64,000 bases of DNA from an uncultured Dehalococcoidales bacterium (GTDB lineage: Bacteria > Chloroflexota > Dehalococcoidia > GIF9 > UBA5629). The notes below the pieces were generated by a model, which was given only the letters and a program-made list of their open reading frames with translations, was not told where the DNA came from and ran no database searches. The DNA is taken from contig CAZJVJ010000003.1 of NCBI GenBank assembly GCA_964549635.1, positions 41,612 to 105,611 of the forward strand. Direction: 5' to 3'. This document shows, piece by piece, positions 38,195 through 50,308 of the stretch (position 1 is the first letter of the stretch; each line of letters opens with the position of its first letter). The translations under genes were made by a program, and so were the position numbers.

Positions 38195-38683
38195 TCATTT
38201 CTCTCTCATGATGACAATGGCGCCCAGTATTGCAGCTAAAAGCAACACTGCTGCGATTTGTACGGGTAGAATAAAACCGCCCGCACCGAATAGGCTTGCC
38301 CCTAGGGCTGCTGTGGTTGGTTGCAGAGGTGGTTCACTGCTTATGTGCCACTTTGCACTCAGTATAGTGAATACCAGTGTCCCAAGAAGCAGCAAGCTAA
38401 CTCCAAGGGCAGGTAGGTGTAACTTACCCGAGGGATTACCGCGCTGAATATCGTGCGTCAGCATTATTGCCACCATAATCAATATTGAGATTGCTCCGAC
38501 ATAAATAAGAACCTGTACAACGGCTAGAAAGTCGGCATAAAGAGTCACATAAATTCCGGCGATGGCGAAAAAAAGCAGAACCAAAGAGATGGCTGCCCGA
38601 AAGACATTTCGCATAATGACAACAGCTAACGCTGCGCTCACAGTTACAGCAGCCAATAGCCAAAAGACGATATCAAACACCAC
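38195..38683 (-). CDS. nuoJ: NADH-quinone oxidoreductase subunit J
   Basis: 162-aa membrane protein with the YVGAI motif, in the expected operon position. Confidence 0.85.
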   Translation of the reverse strand: MVFDIVFWLLAAVTVSAALAVVIMRNVFRAAISLVLLFFAIAGIYVTLYADFLAVVQVLIYVGAISILIMVAIMLTHDIQRGNPSGKLHLPALGVSLLLLGTLVFTILSAKWHISSEPPLQPTTAALGASLFGAGGFILPVQIAAVLLLAAILGAIVIMREK

Positions 38684-39227
38684 GGCCTCGCTTTTTACTC
38701 AGTGGGATCAAACTCAATTTCTGCCCTCCTACTTCTTTATCCGCATAAATAAGTAGACTTTGCTTGGGCAAGGTTGTCTCGATTTTAGGTCGAGCATAAC
38801 CACTGGGTCGTCTCAGGTCAGAAGGCTCGAGGTCTTCTTTGTTCAAAATTAGCTGTTTCCGTCTGTACTGGGCACGTTCGTAGCCTATCCCCATAGCCAG
38901 TGCCTCATAAGGGCATGACTCAACACATAACCCACAGAACATGCAACGACCGGTATCTAGTTCGAACGTGTCAACCACATAATTGTTCGCGCTGCCTATA
39001 TGGGTTGCAAGCACTATGTTTCCTTGCGGGCAACTCTTAGCACAGGTGGCACAGCCGGTACATTTCTCCGGATACCAAACGAGGTCGTTGCCCCTTGCAC
39101 GCCGTGAAATAATCAGCTTCTCCTCAGGATATTGCATAGTAATTGGAGGACGAAACAGATGCTTAAGGGTAACGGACATCCCCTTTGCTATGCCAATTCC
39201 GTATCTCTCAAAACGCAACTCGCCCAC
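38673..39227 (-). CDS. nuoI: NADH-quinone oxidoreductase subunit I (2x[4Fe-4S])
   Basis: CTGCATCAKSCP and CMFCGLCVESCP. The exact start is uncertain (GTG at 39227 or TTG at 39218). Confidence 0.85.
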   Translation of the reverse strand: MGELRFERYGIGIAKGMSVTLKHLFRPPITMQYPEEKLIISRRARGNDLVWYPEKCTGCATCAKSCPQGNIVLATHIGSANNYVVDTFELDTGRCMFCGLCVESCPYEALAMGIGYERAQYRRKQLILNKEDLEPSDLRRPSGYARPKIETTLPKQSLLIYADKEVGGQKLSLIPLSKKRGRGV

Positions 39228-40323
39228 CTCCTAAAGCAAACAGCTTCGACCATACCAGTATTAAAACACCGGCAAAGACGAAGTTTAATACTATCATAAT
39301 CCATCGCATAGTTTCCGGTAGCCACATTATCTCTGCAGCAGTTATGAACAGGTTGATTATAGCCATGGGTAGCAGCCCTTTCCATGCGAAAGCCATTAAC
39401 TGGTCGACGCGTAGTCTGGGTAATGTGCTACGAATCCACACAATAACTGAAAATACAGCAATAACCTTGACTATAAACCAGATAATCGGCGGCAGCAATG
39501 GGCCTTGCCAGCCTCCAAGAAAAAGAGTCGTGATGATGCACGAATATGCCAGAGAGTGCCCGTACTCGCCGAGGTAAAACATGGCAAACTTCATTCCTGA
39601 ATACTCTATGTGATAGCCGGCTACAATCTCGGAGTCAGCCTCAAGAAGGTCAAAGGGGCTCCGATTCATCTCGGCGAGCATCCCTAAGAAAAAGACGATG
39701 AAACCAATGGGTTGTATAACAAGGAAAGGAATATTTTGTGCAGCTACAATCTTGGTCAAGGATAACGACCCTGCTAACAACACTATGCTCAGTATAGCCA
39801 GCACTACTGGCAACTCGTAACTGACCAATTGTGCTACTGTCCTTAAAGCTGATATCAAAGCGTACTTGTTGTTAGACGCCCAGCCAGCGGTATATATACC
39901 CACTGCAGAAACAGAACTTATTGCCACGACATAGACTATGCCGACATTCAAATCAGCTAAGATAGCTCCTTTACTAAATGGCACGACAGCAAAAATCATC
40001 AGCACCGGAGCGAAAACAATGACTGGCGCCAGCCAATGGAGCACTTTATCACCCTTTGCTGGCACAATGTCTTCTTTCAACAATACCTTTACAGCTTCGG
40101 CAACCGGCTGGAAAATCCCCTCGGGTCCGAGCCTATTCGGACCTAGACGAATTTGAAATCGCCCGAGCAAACGACGCTCATACCAGATGAAGACTATTAC
40201 CATAACCAATACAAATACAAGGATAATCCCTATACTGACTATAGCTGTAATAAAATAGGCCAGCCATTCCCACCCTGGCCAATTACCAGCTAGCCATGAA
40301 CGCAATTGTTCCGGAAACGTCAT
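39208..40323 (-). CDS. nuoH: NADH-quinone oxidoreductase subunit H
   Basis: ER...GR.Q.R.GPN and E.ESE.V.G motifs. The ATG at 40323 overlaps the nuoD stop; the tracked ORF begins at a TTG at 40347. Confidence 0.9.
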   Translation of the reverse strand: MTFPEQLRSWLAGNWPGWEWLAYFITAIVSIGIILVFVLVMVIVFIWYERRLLGRFQIRLGPNRLGPEGIFQPVAEAVKVLLKEDIVPAKGDKVLHWLAPVIVFAPVLMIFAVVPFSKGAILADLNVGIVYVVAISSVSAVGIYTAGWASNNKYALISALRTVAQLVSYELPVVLAILSIVLLAGSLSLTKIVAAQNIPFLVIQPIGFIVFFLGMLAEMNRSPFDLLEADSEIVAGYHIEYSGMKFAMFYLGEYGHSLAYSCIITTLFLGGWQGPLLPPIIWFIVKVIAVFSVIVWIRSTLPRLRVDQLMAFAWKGLLPMAIINLFITAAEIMWLPETMRWIMIVLNFVFAGVLILVWSKLFALGGGRVAF

Positions 40324-41426
40324 TATCGGTCTATCTCCCCCAAACAAACGTCTATACTACCAAAGGTGACGATCAAGTCTGCCAACTTCCAGCCAATAAC
40401 CATGTCCTTCAGCGCAGTTAAATTAATTAGTGTAGGGGGGCGTATATGGAATCTATAGGGGGCAATGGAATTATCACTAACCAGATAAAAACCAAGCTCG
40501 CCCTTTGGTGCCTCTATGTGCCCATAAACCTCACCGACTGGTGGTCGTAGCAACTGAGGTACTTTGGCGCAAACCTCACCGTTAGGTAATTGGGCTATTG
40601 CCTGCTCCAAAATACGAACGCTCTGCCTAATTTCCTGCATCCTTACCCAATAGCGGTCATAGTTATCACCGACGCTACCAACCGGTATCTCGAAGTTGAA
40701 ACGATCGTAGATTGAATAAGGGTCGGCTCGTCGAATGTCCCACTTCACACCGCTAGCTCTAAGCACAGGTCCACTAGCAGCAATATTTATTGCCGTCTCT
40801 TTAGGTAAAATACCCACGCCCTTAGTTCGTGCCAACAATATCTCATTTTGAGACAGAAGTTGCTCGTATTCTTCAATAAAGCCTGGCATCTCGGTGACAA
40901 ACTTATTCAAAGCTGGTAAGAATTCTTCAGGAATATCATGGCTTACGCCACCAATGCGCATATAATTGTAAGTAAGCCTTTGACCGCAAACCATTTCAAA
41001 TAAGTCCAATAATTTTTCCCTCTCTCGCCACATATACAATACTGGTGTCATCATCGCGCCAAGGTCATTGAGGAAAAAGCCGACTGCCATAAGGTGGCTG
41101 GCAATACGCATCATTTCAGCCATAATAATCCTTAGATATTCGGCTCGTTCAGGAATTTCTATCCCAGCCAGCTTTTCTACCGCCAGAACATAGGCAAAAT
41201 TGTTTGTCATGGAAGCAAGGTAGTCCAATCTATCGGTAAGCGGAATGTTCTGAGTATAGGTTCGTCCTTCAGCCAACTTCTCAATCCCACGGTGTAGATA
41301 TCCAATAACAGGTTCCACATCTACAACTACTTCTCCATCAAGGGTGACTCTCATCCTAAATACACCGTGAGTTGACGGGTGTTGAGGTCCCATATTCAAG
41401 ATAAACGGCTCAGTTTTTATCGGCAT
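40323..41426 (-). CDS. nuoD: NADH-quinone oxidoreductase subunit D
   Basis: NMGPQHPSTHGV and the C-terminal region. The start was chosen at M19 (41426), 8 nt after the nuoC stop. Confidence 0.9.
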   Translation of the reverse strand: MPIKTEPFILNMGPQHPSTHGVFRMRVTLDGEVVVDVEPVIGYLHRGIEKLAEGRTYTQNIPLTDRLDYLASMTNNFAYVLAVEKLAGIEIPERAEYLRIIMAEMMRIASHLMAVGFFLNDLGAMMTPVLYMWREREKLLDLFEMVCGQRLTYNYMRIGGVSHDIPEEFLPALNKFVTEMPGFIEEYEQLLSQNEILLARTKGVGILPKETAINIAASGPVLRASGVKWDIRRADPYSIYDRFNFEIPVGSVGDNYDRYWVRMQEIRQSVRILEQAIAQLPNGEVCAKVPQLLRPPVGEVYGHIEAPKGELGFYLVSDNSIAPYRFHIRPPTLINLTALKDMVIGWKLADLIVTFGSIDVCLGEIDR

Positions 41427-41434
41427 CTTAGATC

Positions 41435-41875
41435 TTAGAGATAGTCCCTGCGCAATGGATGGCCAACAAATCCTTCCCAAAGTAATAAGCGTCTCAAATT
41501 AGGATGACCTTCAAAAATAATGCCCATTAGGTCATAGGCTTCCCTCTCCTGAAAATCTGCTGACCGCCATATATCGACTACTGAGGGTACCATCGGTTTG
41601 TCACGTTCATAACATCGTGTTTTCAAAACCAAGCTGTGGTTATATTTTATTGAAATTAAATGATAAACAACCTCAAAGTACTCCATATAGTCAACAGCAA
41701 CAAGATTAGTCAGGTAATCAAATTCAAACTCAGATGCATTCTTGAGAAATTCTGCCACTTGGCGAAGACATTCTCTCCTAATAACAACAACCGCATTATT
41801 AGCAGAAACCACCGAATCAGGGAACCTCTCGGTTAGTCTTCGGGCTACTTCTATGCCATTAAGGGCTGTGGTCAT
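41435..41875 (-). CDS. nuoC: NADH-quinone oxidoreductase subunit C
   Basis: 146 aa with the ERE..D..GI.F.GHP..RR.L motif. Confidence 0.85.
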   Translation of the reverse strand: MTTALNGIEVARRLTERFPDSVVSANNAVVVIRRECLRQVAEFLKNASEFEFDYLTNLVAVDYMEYFEVVYHLISIKYNHSLVLKTRCYERDKPMVPSVVDIWRSADFQEREAYDLMGIIFEGHPNLRRLLLWEGFVGHPLRRDYL

Positions 41876-42461
41876 GTTTTTTAATGCTATCCTTCATGAT
41901 TTTCTCGTGTATTTTTCTTATACCGTGAATCAATCCCTCAGGCCGCGGCGGACAGCCCGGTACATAGACATCAACAGGAATTATTCGGTTGACCCCGGGC
42001 ACAACACTATAGGACTCCCTGAAGGTGCCACCGCTAATGGCGCAAGCACCCATTGCAATCACCCATTTAGGTTCAGCCATCTGTTCGTAGACCAGCTTGA
42101 CTGCCGGTGCCATTTTCCAGGTTAATGTTCCGGCAACAATCATCAAATCGGCTTGGCGAGGTGACCACCGGAAAATGTCCATGCCAAAGCGAGCAATGTC
42201 AAATCGTGAAGCTGCTGCACCAATCATCTCGAAAGCGCAGCAGGCTAATCCAAACATGAGAGGAAATATTGAACGGGAGCGTGCCCAATTAACTACATAG
42301 TCTACTGTAGTCAATAATATGTTGCGACTAATCTCTGTTTCAAGCCATTCATCAGGGTCTGGTATGGGCTGTCGCGAAGCTTCCATTAGAGCGCTTATCC
42401 TCAGGCCCTCAGCTACATCGAGTTCATGCGAAGATAGAATTTCGAGTCTTTCTATTTCCAT
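41859..42461 (-). CDS. nuoB: NADH-quinone oxidoreductase subunit B
   Basis: GLACCA..M, the C..CA.SGG region and GCPPRPE (N2 cluster ligands). Confidence 0.9.
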   Translation of the reverse strand: MEIERLEILSSHELDVAEGLRISALMEASRQPIPDPDEWLETEISRNILLTTVDYVVNWARSRSIFPLMFGLACCAFEMIGAAASRFDIARFGMDIFRWSPRQADLMIVAGTLTWKMAPAVKLVYEQMAEPKWVIAMGACAISGGTFRESYSVVPGVNRIIPVDVYVPGCPPRPEGLIHGIRKIHEKIMKDSIKKHDHSP

Positions 42462-42892
42462 TCCATGGCCCCTTTAAGCCAGGCATAAATATATCCGATC
42501 ATAAGGATTATAAAGAAGGAGGCGATGGCGATGAAACCAAACAGGCCTAGCCCTTTGAAGTTCACTGCCCATGGGTATAAGAAAACAGTCAATACATCGA
42601 GGATGACAAACAGGACAGCGAAAAAATAATAGCGAGAGTTGAACTGAACCCAGGTTTTACCGATAGTTTCCATTCCGCACTCGTAAGTGGAGGTCTTGGT
42701 CGGATTACTCCGTTTCGGAATAATGCCGATGCGGGCCAGAGTCAGCGGTAACAGCAATGTGGAGACTGCAAACAGAATGGCTATAATGAGGAATATCCCA
42801 ATGTAGCCAAAATCTGCTAGCACGCGACAAGCCCCAGAAGTTCTAAAATGTCGGACGAAAGTATAGCATACATGCGGCGAGTGGGTAAACAT
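42452..42892 (-). CDS. nuoA: NADH-quinone oxidoreductase subunit A
   Basis: YECG motif and three TM helices. The tracked ORF is about 25 aa longer than typical NuoA; an alternative GTG start lies at 42823. Confidence 0.8.
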   Translation of the reverse strand: MFTHSPHVCYTFVRHFRTSGACRVLADFGYIGIFLIIAILFAVSTLLLPLTLARIGIIPKRSNPTKTSTYECGMETIGKTWVQFNSRYYFFAVLFVILDVLTVFLYPWAVNFKGLGLFGFIAIASFFIILMIGYIYAWLKGAMEWK

Positions 42893-42995
42893 CGTGTCTG
42901 ATTTAGTAAATTAGTAACAATCTTAACCTTTTACCAAAGCGAGATGCCTCCTTAGTACAGCATGTCGGGCTGTGATATACTTTAATTACAGACAC

Positions 42996-44663
42996 ATGGG
43001 TGACAATAAAGATAGCCATCGTGTAGCTACTAGCGACGATATTGAAGTTTCAACTTACTTAGAAATATCAAGGGAGCTTCATGGTGAACAGCTTGTTTCC
43101 GAGGTAGAGCCGATATCTCCTGGAGCTCATGAGACGATAGCTGTTATTGACTTTGGTTCCCAGTATAGCCACTTGATTGCCCGGCGGGTTCGTGAGTGCC
43201 ACGTTTACTGTGAACTAGTCCCGTTTGATACGCCGTGGGAAAAGATAATGTCCCTCCAACCCAAAGGGTTCATTTTGTCAGGAGGACCAGCTAGTGTGTA
43301 CCAGCAGGGAGCACCACTAGCGCCAGTCCAACTTTATCACAGTGGCCTACCTGTCTTAGGAATCTGTTATGGTATGCAGGTTATTGCACATCAGCTAGGC
43401 GGCAAGGTAGCTCCAGCCATCAGGCACGAATATGGTCAAGCTATCTTATACTTAACTGATAAAGACTCGCCCCTCTTTTCTGGTTTACCTCCGTCACTGC
43501 TTGTGTGGATGAGCCATGGCGACATGGTGGTAGACATGCCCCCTAATTTTAAGTCTCTAGCCTATACTGAAAATTCCCCGGCTGCAGTCATAGGTAATGA
43601 TGTCAATATTTTCGGGCTGCAATTTCATCCTGAAGTTATTCATACCCCGCATGGTAAAAACATTATTCAAAATTTCCTTTACCGGATATGCGGATGTCAC
43701 GGTTTCTGGACACCGAGCAACTTTATAAATGAAAGCATAAAATCGATAAAGGAACAGGTGAAAGATGGCAGGGTCATTTGCGCTCTTTCAGGGGGCGTTG
43801 ACTCAGCAGTGACAGCTACGTTAATTCATCAAGCTATTGGCAACCAACTGATCTGCATATTTGTTAATAACGGATTATTACGCCGGGAGGAGCCAGAAAG
43901 AGTTCTAAATACATTTAGAAACAACTTGAAAGTGAACGTGGTCTATGTGGACGCTTCTAAAAGGTTCCTTAGACGGTTAAAGGGAGTTACTGATCCTGAA
44001 ATGAAGCGTCGTAGGGTAGGTGAGGAATTTATTAAGGTATTTGAATATAAAGCAGCAAGACTGGGGAAAATAGACTTCTTAGCTCAAGGTACGCTTTATC
44101 CGGATGTAATTGAAAGCACTTCCAAGGAAACCAGAGCCGCAGCCAGAATAAAAACCCATCATAACGTCGGCGGCTTACCTGCCAAGATGACATTGAAATT
44201 AATAGAGCCGCTACGTTATCTATTTAAAGATGAAGTTCGCGAGGTCGGCCTGGCTCTTGGCTTACCTGAGGATATAGTGTGGCGTCAGCCTTTCCCAGGG
44301 CCAGGGCTTGCCATTCGTATCATTGGTGAAGTAACTCAAGAACGTCTGGATGTACTACGGGCGGCCGATTGGATAGTAATGAACGAAATAAAAAAGGCAA
44401 ACCTTTATCGCCAGTTATGGCAGACATTCGCTATCCTTACTGATATTAGGAGTGTCGGTGTCATGGGGGATTCTCGTACTTACGGCAACCTGGTAGCTGT
44501 ACGTGCTGTAACCAGCCAGGATGCTATGACTGCTGATTGGGCCCGTCTACCCTATGACCTCTTAGCTCGCATCTCCAATCGTATTGTAAACGAGGTACCT
44601 GGCGTTAACCGCGTAGTCTACGATATAACCAGCAAACCGCCTTCCACTATAGAGTGGGAATGA
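42996..44663 (+). CDS. guaA: GMP synthase (glutamine-hydrolysing)
   Basis: GATase block [20 protein letters not shown] and GICYG, ATP-PPase SGGVDS, and a C-terminal dimerisation domain ending IEWE. The start is uncertain (ATG 42996 or GTG 42972); either leaves a roughly 45-55-aa N-terminal extension. Confidence 0.9.
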   Translation: MGDNKDSHRVATSDDIEVSTYLEISRELHGEQLVSEVEPISPGAHETIAVIDFGSQYSHLIARRVRECHVYCELVPFDTPWEKIMSLQPKGFILSGGPASVYQQGAPLAPVQLYHSGLPVLGICYGMQVIAHQLGGKVAPAIRHEYGQAILYLTDKDSPLFSGLPPSLLVWMSHGDMVVDMPPNFKSLAYTENSPAAVIGNDVNIFGLQFHPEVIHTPHGKNIIQNFLYRICGCHGFWTPSNFINESIKSIKEQVKDGRVICALSGGVDSAVTATLIHQAIGNQLICIFVNNGLLRREEPERVLNTFRNNLKVNVVYVDASKRFLRRLKGVTDPEMKRRRVGEEFIKVFEYKAARLGKIDFLAQGTLYPDVIESTSKETRAAARIKTHHNVGGLPAKMTLKLIEPLRYLFKDEVREVGLALGLPEDIVWRQPFPGPGLAIRIIGEVTQERLDVLRAADWIVMNEIKKANLYRQLWQTFAILTDIRSVGVMGDSRTYGNLVAVRAVTSQDAMTADWARLPYDLLARISNRIVNEVPGVNRVVYDITSKPPSTIEWE

Positions 44664-44866
44664 ACTAAAGTCCCGGGCTGATTGATTGCGCTTGTTACAT
44701 TCTAGCATACACGGGTTCACAGATTTGCCTGCCTCTTTACAAGCAGGTTGGTCTAGTTCAGATAGATTAGTGACACTATAAAAAGAAAGGTAGTTAATTG
44801 ATTAATCCCCGCAGCTGCTAGGCTTAGCTAAAAGATGGCCGATGTATTAGGGGAGCTCAAGGAAGG

Positions 44867-45061
44867 TTGAAATGTTTTGATTGCTATTATTCCCATGGTC
44901 AGCATGCTCGTCTTACTTGTCTACACTTTGACATCTCCCCACAGACTTTCTATTGCTGGAGACGTCGCTACGATCAAAATCATCCAGAAAGTCTAGAGGA
45001 CCGCCCTTACAGTCCTAAGCCTGTGCGTCAGCGTGCAGTACCACCTGAACCTGTCTACTGA
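44867..45061 (+). pseudogene. N-terminal HTH fragment of an IS481/integrase-type transposase (relic)
   Basis: A 64-aa TTG-started ORF with ...FDISPQTFYCWRRRYDQNHPESLEDRPYSPKP, which matches the HTH_32-like leader of IS481-type transposases. No catalytic domain follows. Confidence 0.45.
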
Positions 45062-45075
45062 ACGAGTACGAGGAT

Positions 45076-45104
45076 TTGACAACTGATAAATATTACGCTA
45101 TACT
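45076..45104 (+). promoter_or_regulatory. rRNA promoter P1 (TTGACA-17 nt-TATACT)
   Basis: Consensus -35 at 45076-45081, an exact 17-nt spacer, and -10 at 45099-45104. Confidence 0.65.
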
Positions 45105-45140
45105 AATTCACGGATGGTTGGTGTACACCATTATACCTGA

Positions 45141-45169
45141 TTGACCGAAGTGTCTTGTTTGTGTATACT
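45141..45169 (+). promoter_or_regulatory. rRNA promoter P2 (TTGACC-17 nt-TATACT)
   Basis: -35 at 45141-45146, a 17-nt spacer, and -10 at 45164-45169. It lies 65 bp downstream of P1. Confidence 0.65.
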
Positions 45170-45171
45170 AG

Positions 45172-45211
45172 GGCAGCTTGGTGTACACCGAGCTGCCTTG
45201 CACTTTAAAAA
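45172..45211 (+). promoter_or_regulatory. rrn leader antitermination-like module: boxB-type hairpin (GGCAGCUUGGUGUACACCGAGCUGCC) followed by a boxA-like TGCACTTTAAAAA
   Basis: A 26-nt near-perfect palindrome spans 45172-45197. At 45199-45211 the sequence matches 11 of 13 positions of E. coli boxA TGCTCTTTAACAA. Confidence 0.5.
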
Positions 45212-45241
45212 GTGAATAGGTTTTGTATTCAGGCTGATGTG

Positions 45242-48207
<2,966 letters not shown>

Positions 48208-48249
48208 TACATCAGGCTGAGCACAAAACTATTCACTTGCTATCAGTAT

Positions 48250-48324
<75 letters not shown>

Positions 48325-48334
48325 AGAAATGTAG

Positions 48335-48373
48335 AGGCAGGAATTTAACCGGTCTGGTTATCCTGCCTTTTTC
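48335..48373 (+). terminator. Rho-independent terminator after 23S-tRNA-fMet
   Basis: The 8-bp stem AGGCAGGA/TCCTGCCT encloses an 18-nt loop with an inner AACC/GGTT pairing and is followed by TTTTT. Confidence 0.65.
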
Positions 48374-48613
48374 TCTTTACTGGTTATTTGAAAGTCCCTT
48401 TCAAATCATGTGGTGGTTATATAAGGTAGACAGAGGGTATCCTGACCCTTGCTCACTCAACCTGTCATTGTCTGTGAATAATCGTACAAATCGTATCAAA
48501 TGGCACCCAATTTACATAACTCAGGGCCTTTTATCACGTTGTTGATAACCGTAATAGACCTGCGTTACACTTTCCTCTGGTAGTAATTGCAGTTATAGCG
48601 ATGGAGGTTAAAT

Positions 48614-49807
48614 ATGGCCAGACCGCTGGAGGGAATTAGAGTACTCGATTTGTCGCAGGTTCTGTTCGGCCCTTTTGCTACAATGCTGCTCAGCAGCCTT
48701 GGCGCCGAGGTAATCAAAGTTGAGCGCCCGGCAGTCGGTGATATTGCTAGAGGTAATGGCCCTATCGTGAACGGAGTGAGTACTTATTTTCTCAGCCTCA
48801 ACAGAGATAAGAAGAGCATAGTGTTAGACTTGACCACCGAGCAGGGAAGGGAGATACTTTTGAAGCTTGTAGAGTTCGCCGATGTGCTAGTAGCATGTTT
48901 CGTGCCGGGGACGATGGAGAAATTAGGCCTGTCTTATGAAGCATTAAAGGAACGCAACCCCAGGATAATCTACGCTGCTGGTTCGGGCTTTGGTCAATAT
49001 GGGCCTTATGCCCAAAAGCCTGCCTTTGATATCGTCATCCAGGCTATGGGGGGTATCATGAGCATCACTGGTGAGCCAGGGGGACCTCCGATTAAACCTG
49101 GAGTATCTTACGGAGATATTGTAGCTGGGTTGTTTCTGTGTATTGCAATCCTTGCTGCTCTGGAGGAGAGGCATACAAGCGGACAAGGACAAATGATAGA
49201 TATCAGTATGCTTGACTGCCAGATAACGGTTCTGGAGAATGCTTTTGTCAGGTATCTGAATGCTGGTGAGATTCCTCGCGCTCTCGGCACAAGGCACCCT
49301 GTTTATACCCCCTTTCAGGTCTTTCCTACCAAGGATGGCTATATTGCCGTAGCTATCAGCGGTGGGTTGAATGACCAATGGCCCCTTTTTTGCGCTGTTA
49401 TCGATCGTGTTGACATAATAGACGATCCACGCTTTGCTGATGGCTGGCTGCGCACGCAGCATTACGAAGTCCTAGAACCGATCCTGACGCAAGCATTTAA
49501 GGCCAGAACCACCAGAGAATGGATTAGGGAATTCGAGCAAGTGGGTATACCATGTGGACCGGTAAATACTATTCCCCAGGTAGCTATAGACCCGCAGGTA
49601 GCTGCCAGAAATATGATAGTTGAGGTAAGCCATCCAACTGCAGGTAAGTTTAAAGTAGTAAATGTGCCTTTCAAATTCTCTCGGTCTGAATGTTTTGTGG
49701 AACGAGCATCTCCCGAGCTGGGACAACACACTGAAGAGGTTTTGATTGGTATATTAGGGATGAGTAAAGAGGAGATTAGCAGATTGAGGGGATTAGGTGT
49801 GCTTTAA
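48614..49807 (+). CDS. family III CoA-transferase (CaiB/BaiF type), second paralogue
   Basis: N-terminal PLEGIRVLDLSQVLFGPFATMLL..LGAEVIKVE; 397 aa. GGAGG RBS. Confidence 0.85.
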   Translation: MARPLEGIRVLDLSQVLFGPFATMLLSSLGAEVIKVERPAVGDIARGNGPIVNGVSTYFLSLNRDKKSIVLDLTTEQGREILLKLVEFADVLVACFVPGTMEKLGLSYEALKERNPRIIYAAGSGFGQYGPYAQKPAFDIVIQAMGGIMSITGEPGGPPIKPGVSYGDIVAGLFLCIAILAALEERHTSGQGQMIDISMLDCQITVLENAFVRYLNAGEIPRALGTRHPVYTPFQVFPTKDGYIAVAISGGLNDQWPLFCAVIDRVDIIDDPRFADGWLRTQHYEVLEPILTQAFKARTTREWIREFEQVGIPCGPVNTIPQVAIDPQVAARNMIVEVSHPTAGKFKVVNVPFKFSRSECFVERASPELGQHTEEVLIGILGMSKEEISRLRGLGVL

Positions 49808-49969
49808 GATTTGATGCAACCGTAGAGCACCAGTTTTTGAAACCGGACTGTTTTAAAGTTCAGATAAAATATAGGCTAAATTGAGAGGTCGTAAGGAAAG
49901 AGCCTTAAGATGTTATGCAAAACTTCCTTTTGGTCTGGTCTCTTAGGAGGCTTGCTGCCAAATTGTGGA

Positions 49970-50308
49970 TTAGCCGTTAAAAATTCTGACGAGTTCATCC
50001 GTTAAAGCTGTAGAGATATGGGCTTGGGGAACAGGTTTTGCGTCTAAAAATTCGCCAGCTATGATTATGGTTCGGTAAGCCTTGCTTCTGATATCGGGTT
50101 TGTTTCCGCAGGCACGGGGACAACCACACAGGATGACCACCACATCTGCCGTATCCTGTGATAAAGAGACAAGCTCAATAGTGCTGCTTGCCTCTGCTGT
50201 CTCCCTCAAATGGCGTGCTATGCTGCTCAAATCAAGGTAAGGATTACAGCATCCGCAAAACTTCAGTGCCACTCTGGCCTTATTTTCACGCTGTGCCATA
50301 GCTAACAA
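49970..50308 (-). CDS. small Cys-rich protein (CGCC...CGCPRACG; DGC/CGGC-domain-like), hypothetical
   Basis: 112 aa. Its start overlaps the abfD stop region by 7 nt. Two Cys clusters suggest a metal site. Confidence 0.5.
   Translation of the reverse strand: MLAMAQRENKARVALKFCGCCNPYLDLSSIARHLRETAEASSTIELVSLSQDTADVVVILCGCPRACGNKPDIRSKAYRTIIIAGEFLDAKPVPQAHISTALTDELVRIFNG

Noticed and set aside
48387-48405. Perfect 8-bp hairpin TTTGAAAG-TCC-CTTTCAAA after the rRNA terminator
   Set aside because: The stem is AT-rich, has a 3-nt loop and has no following T-tract. It is probably a weak structure or a chance palindrome, and the preceding GC-rich terminator already explains termination.
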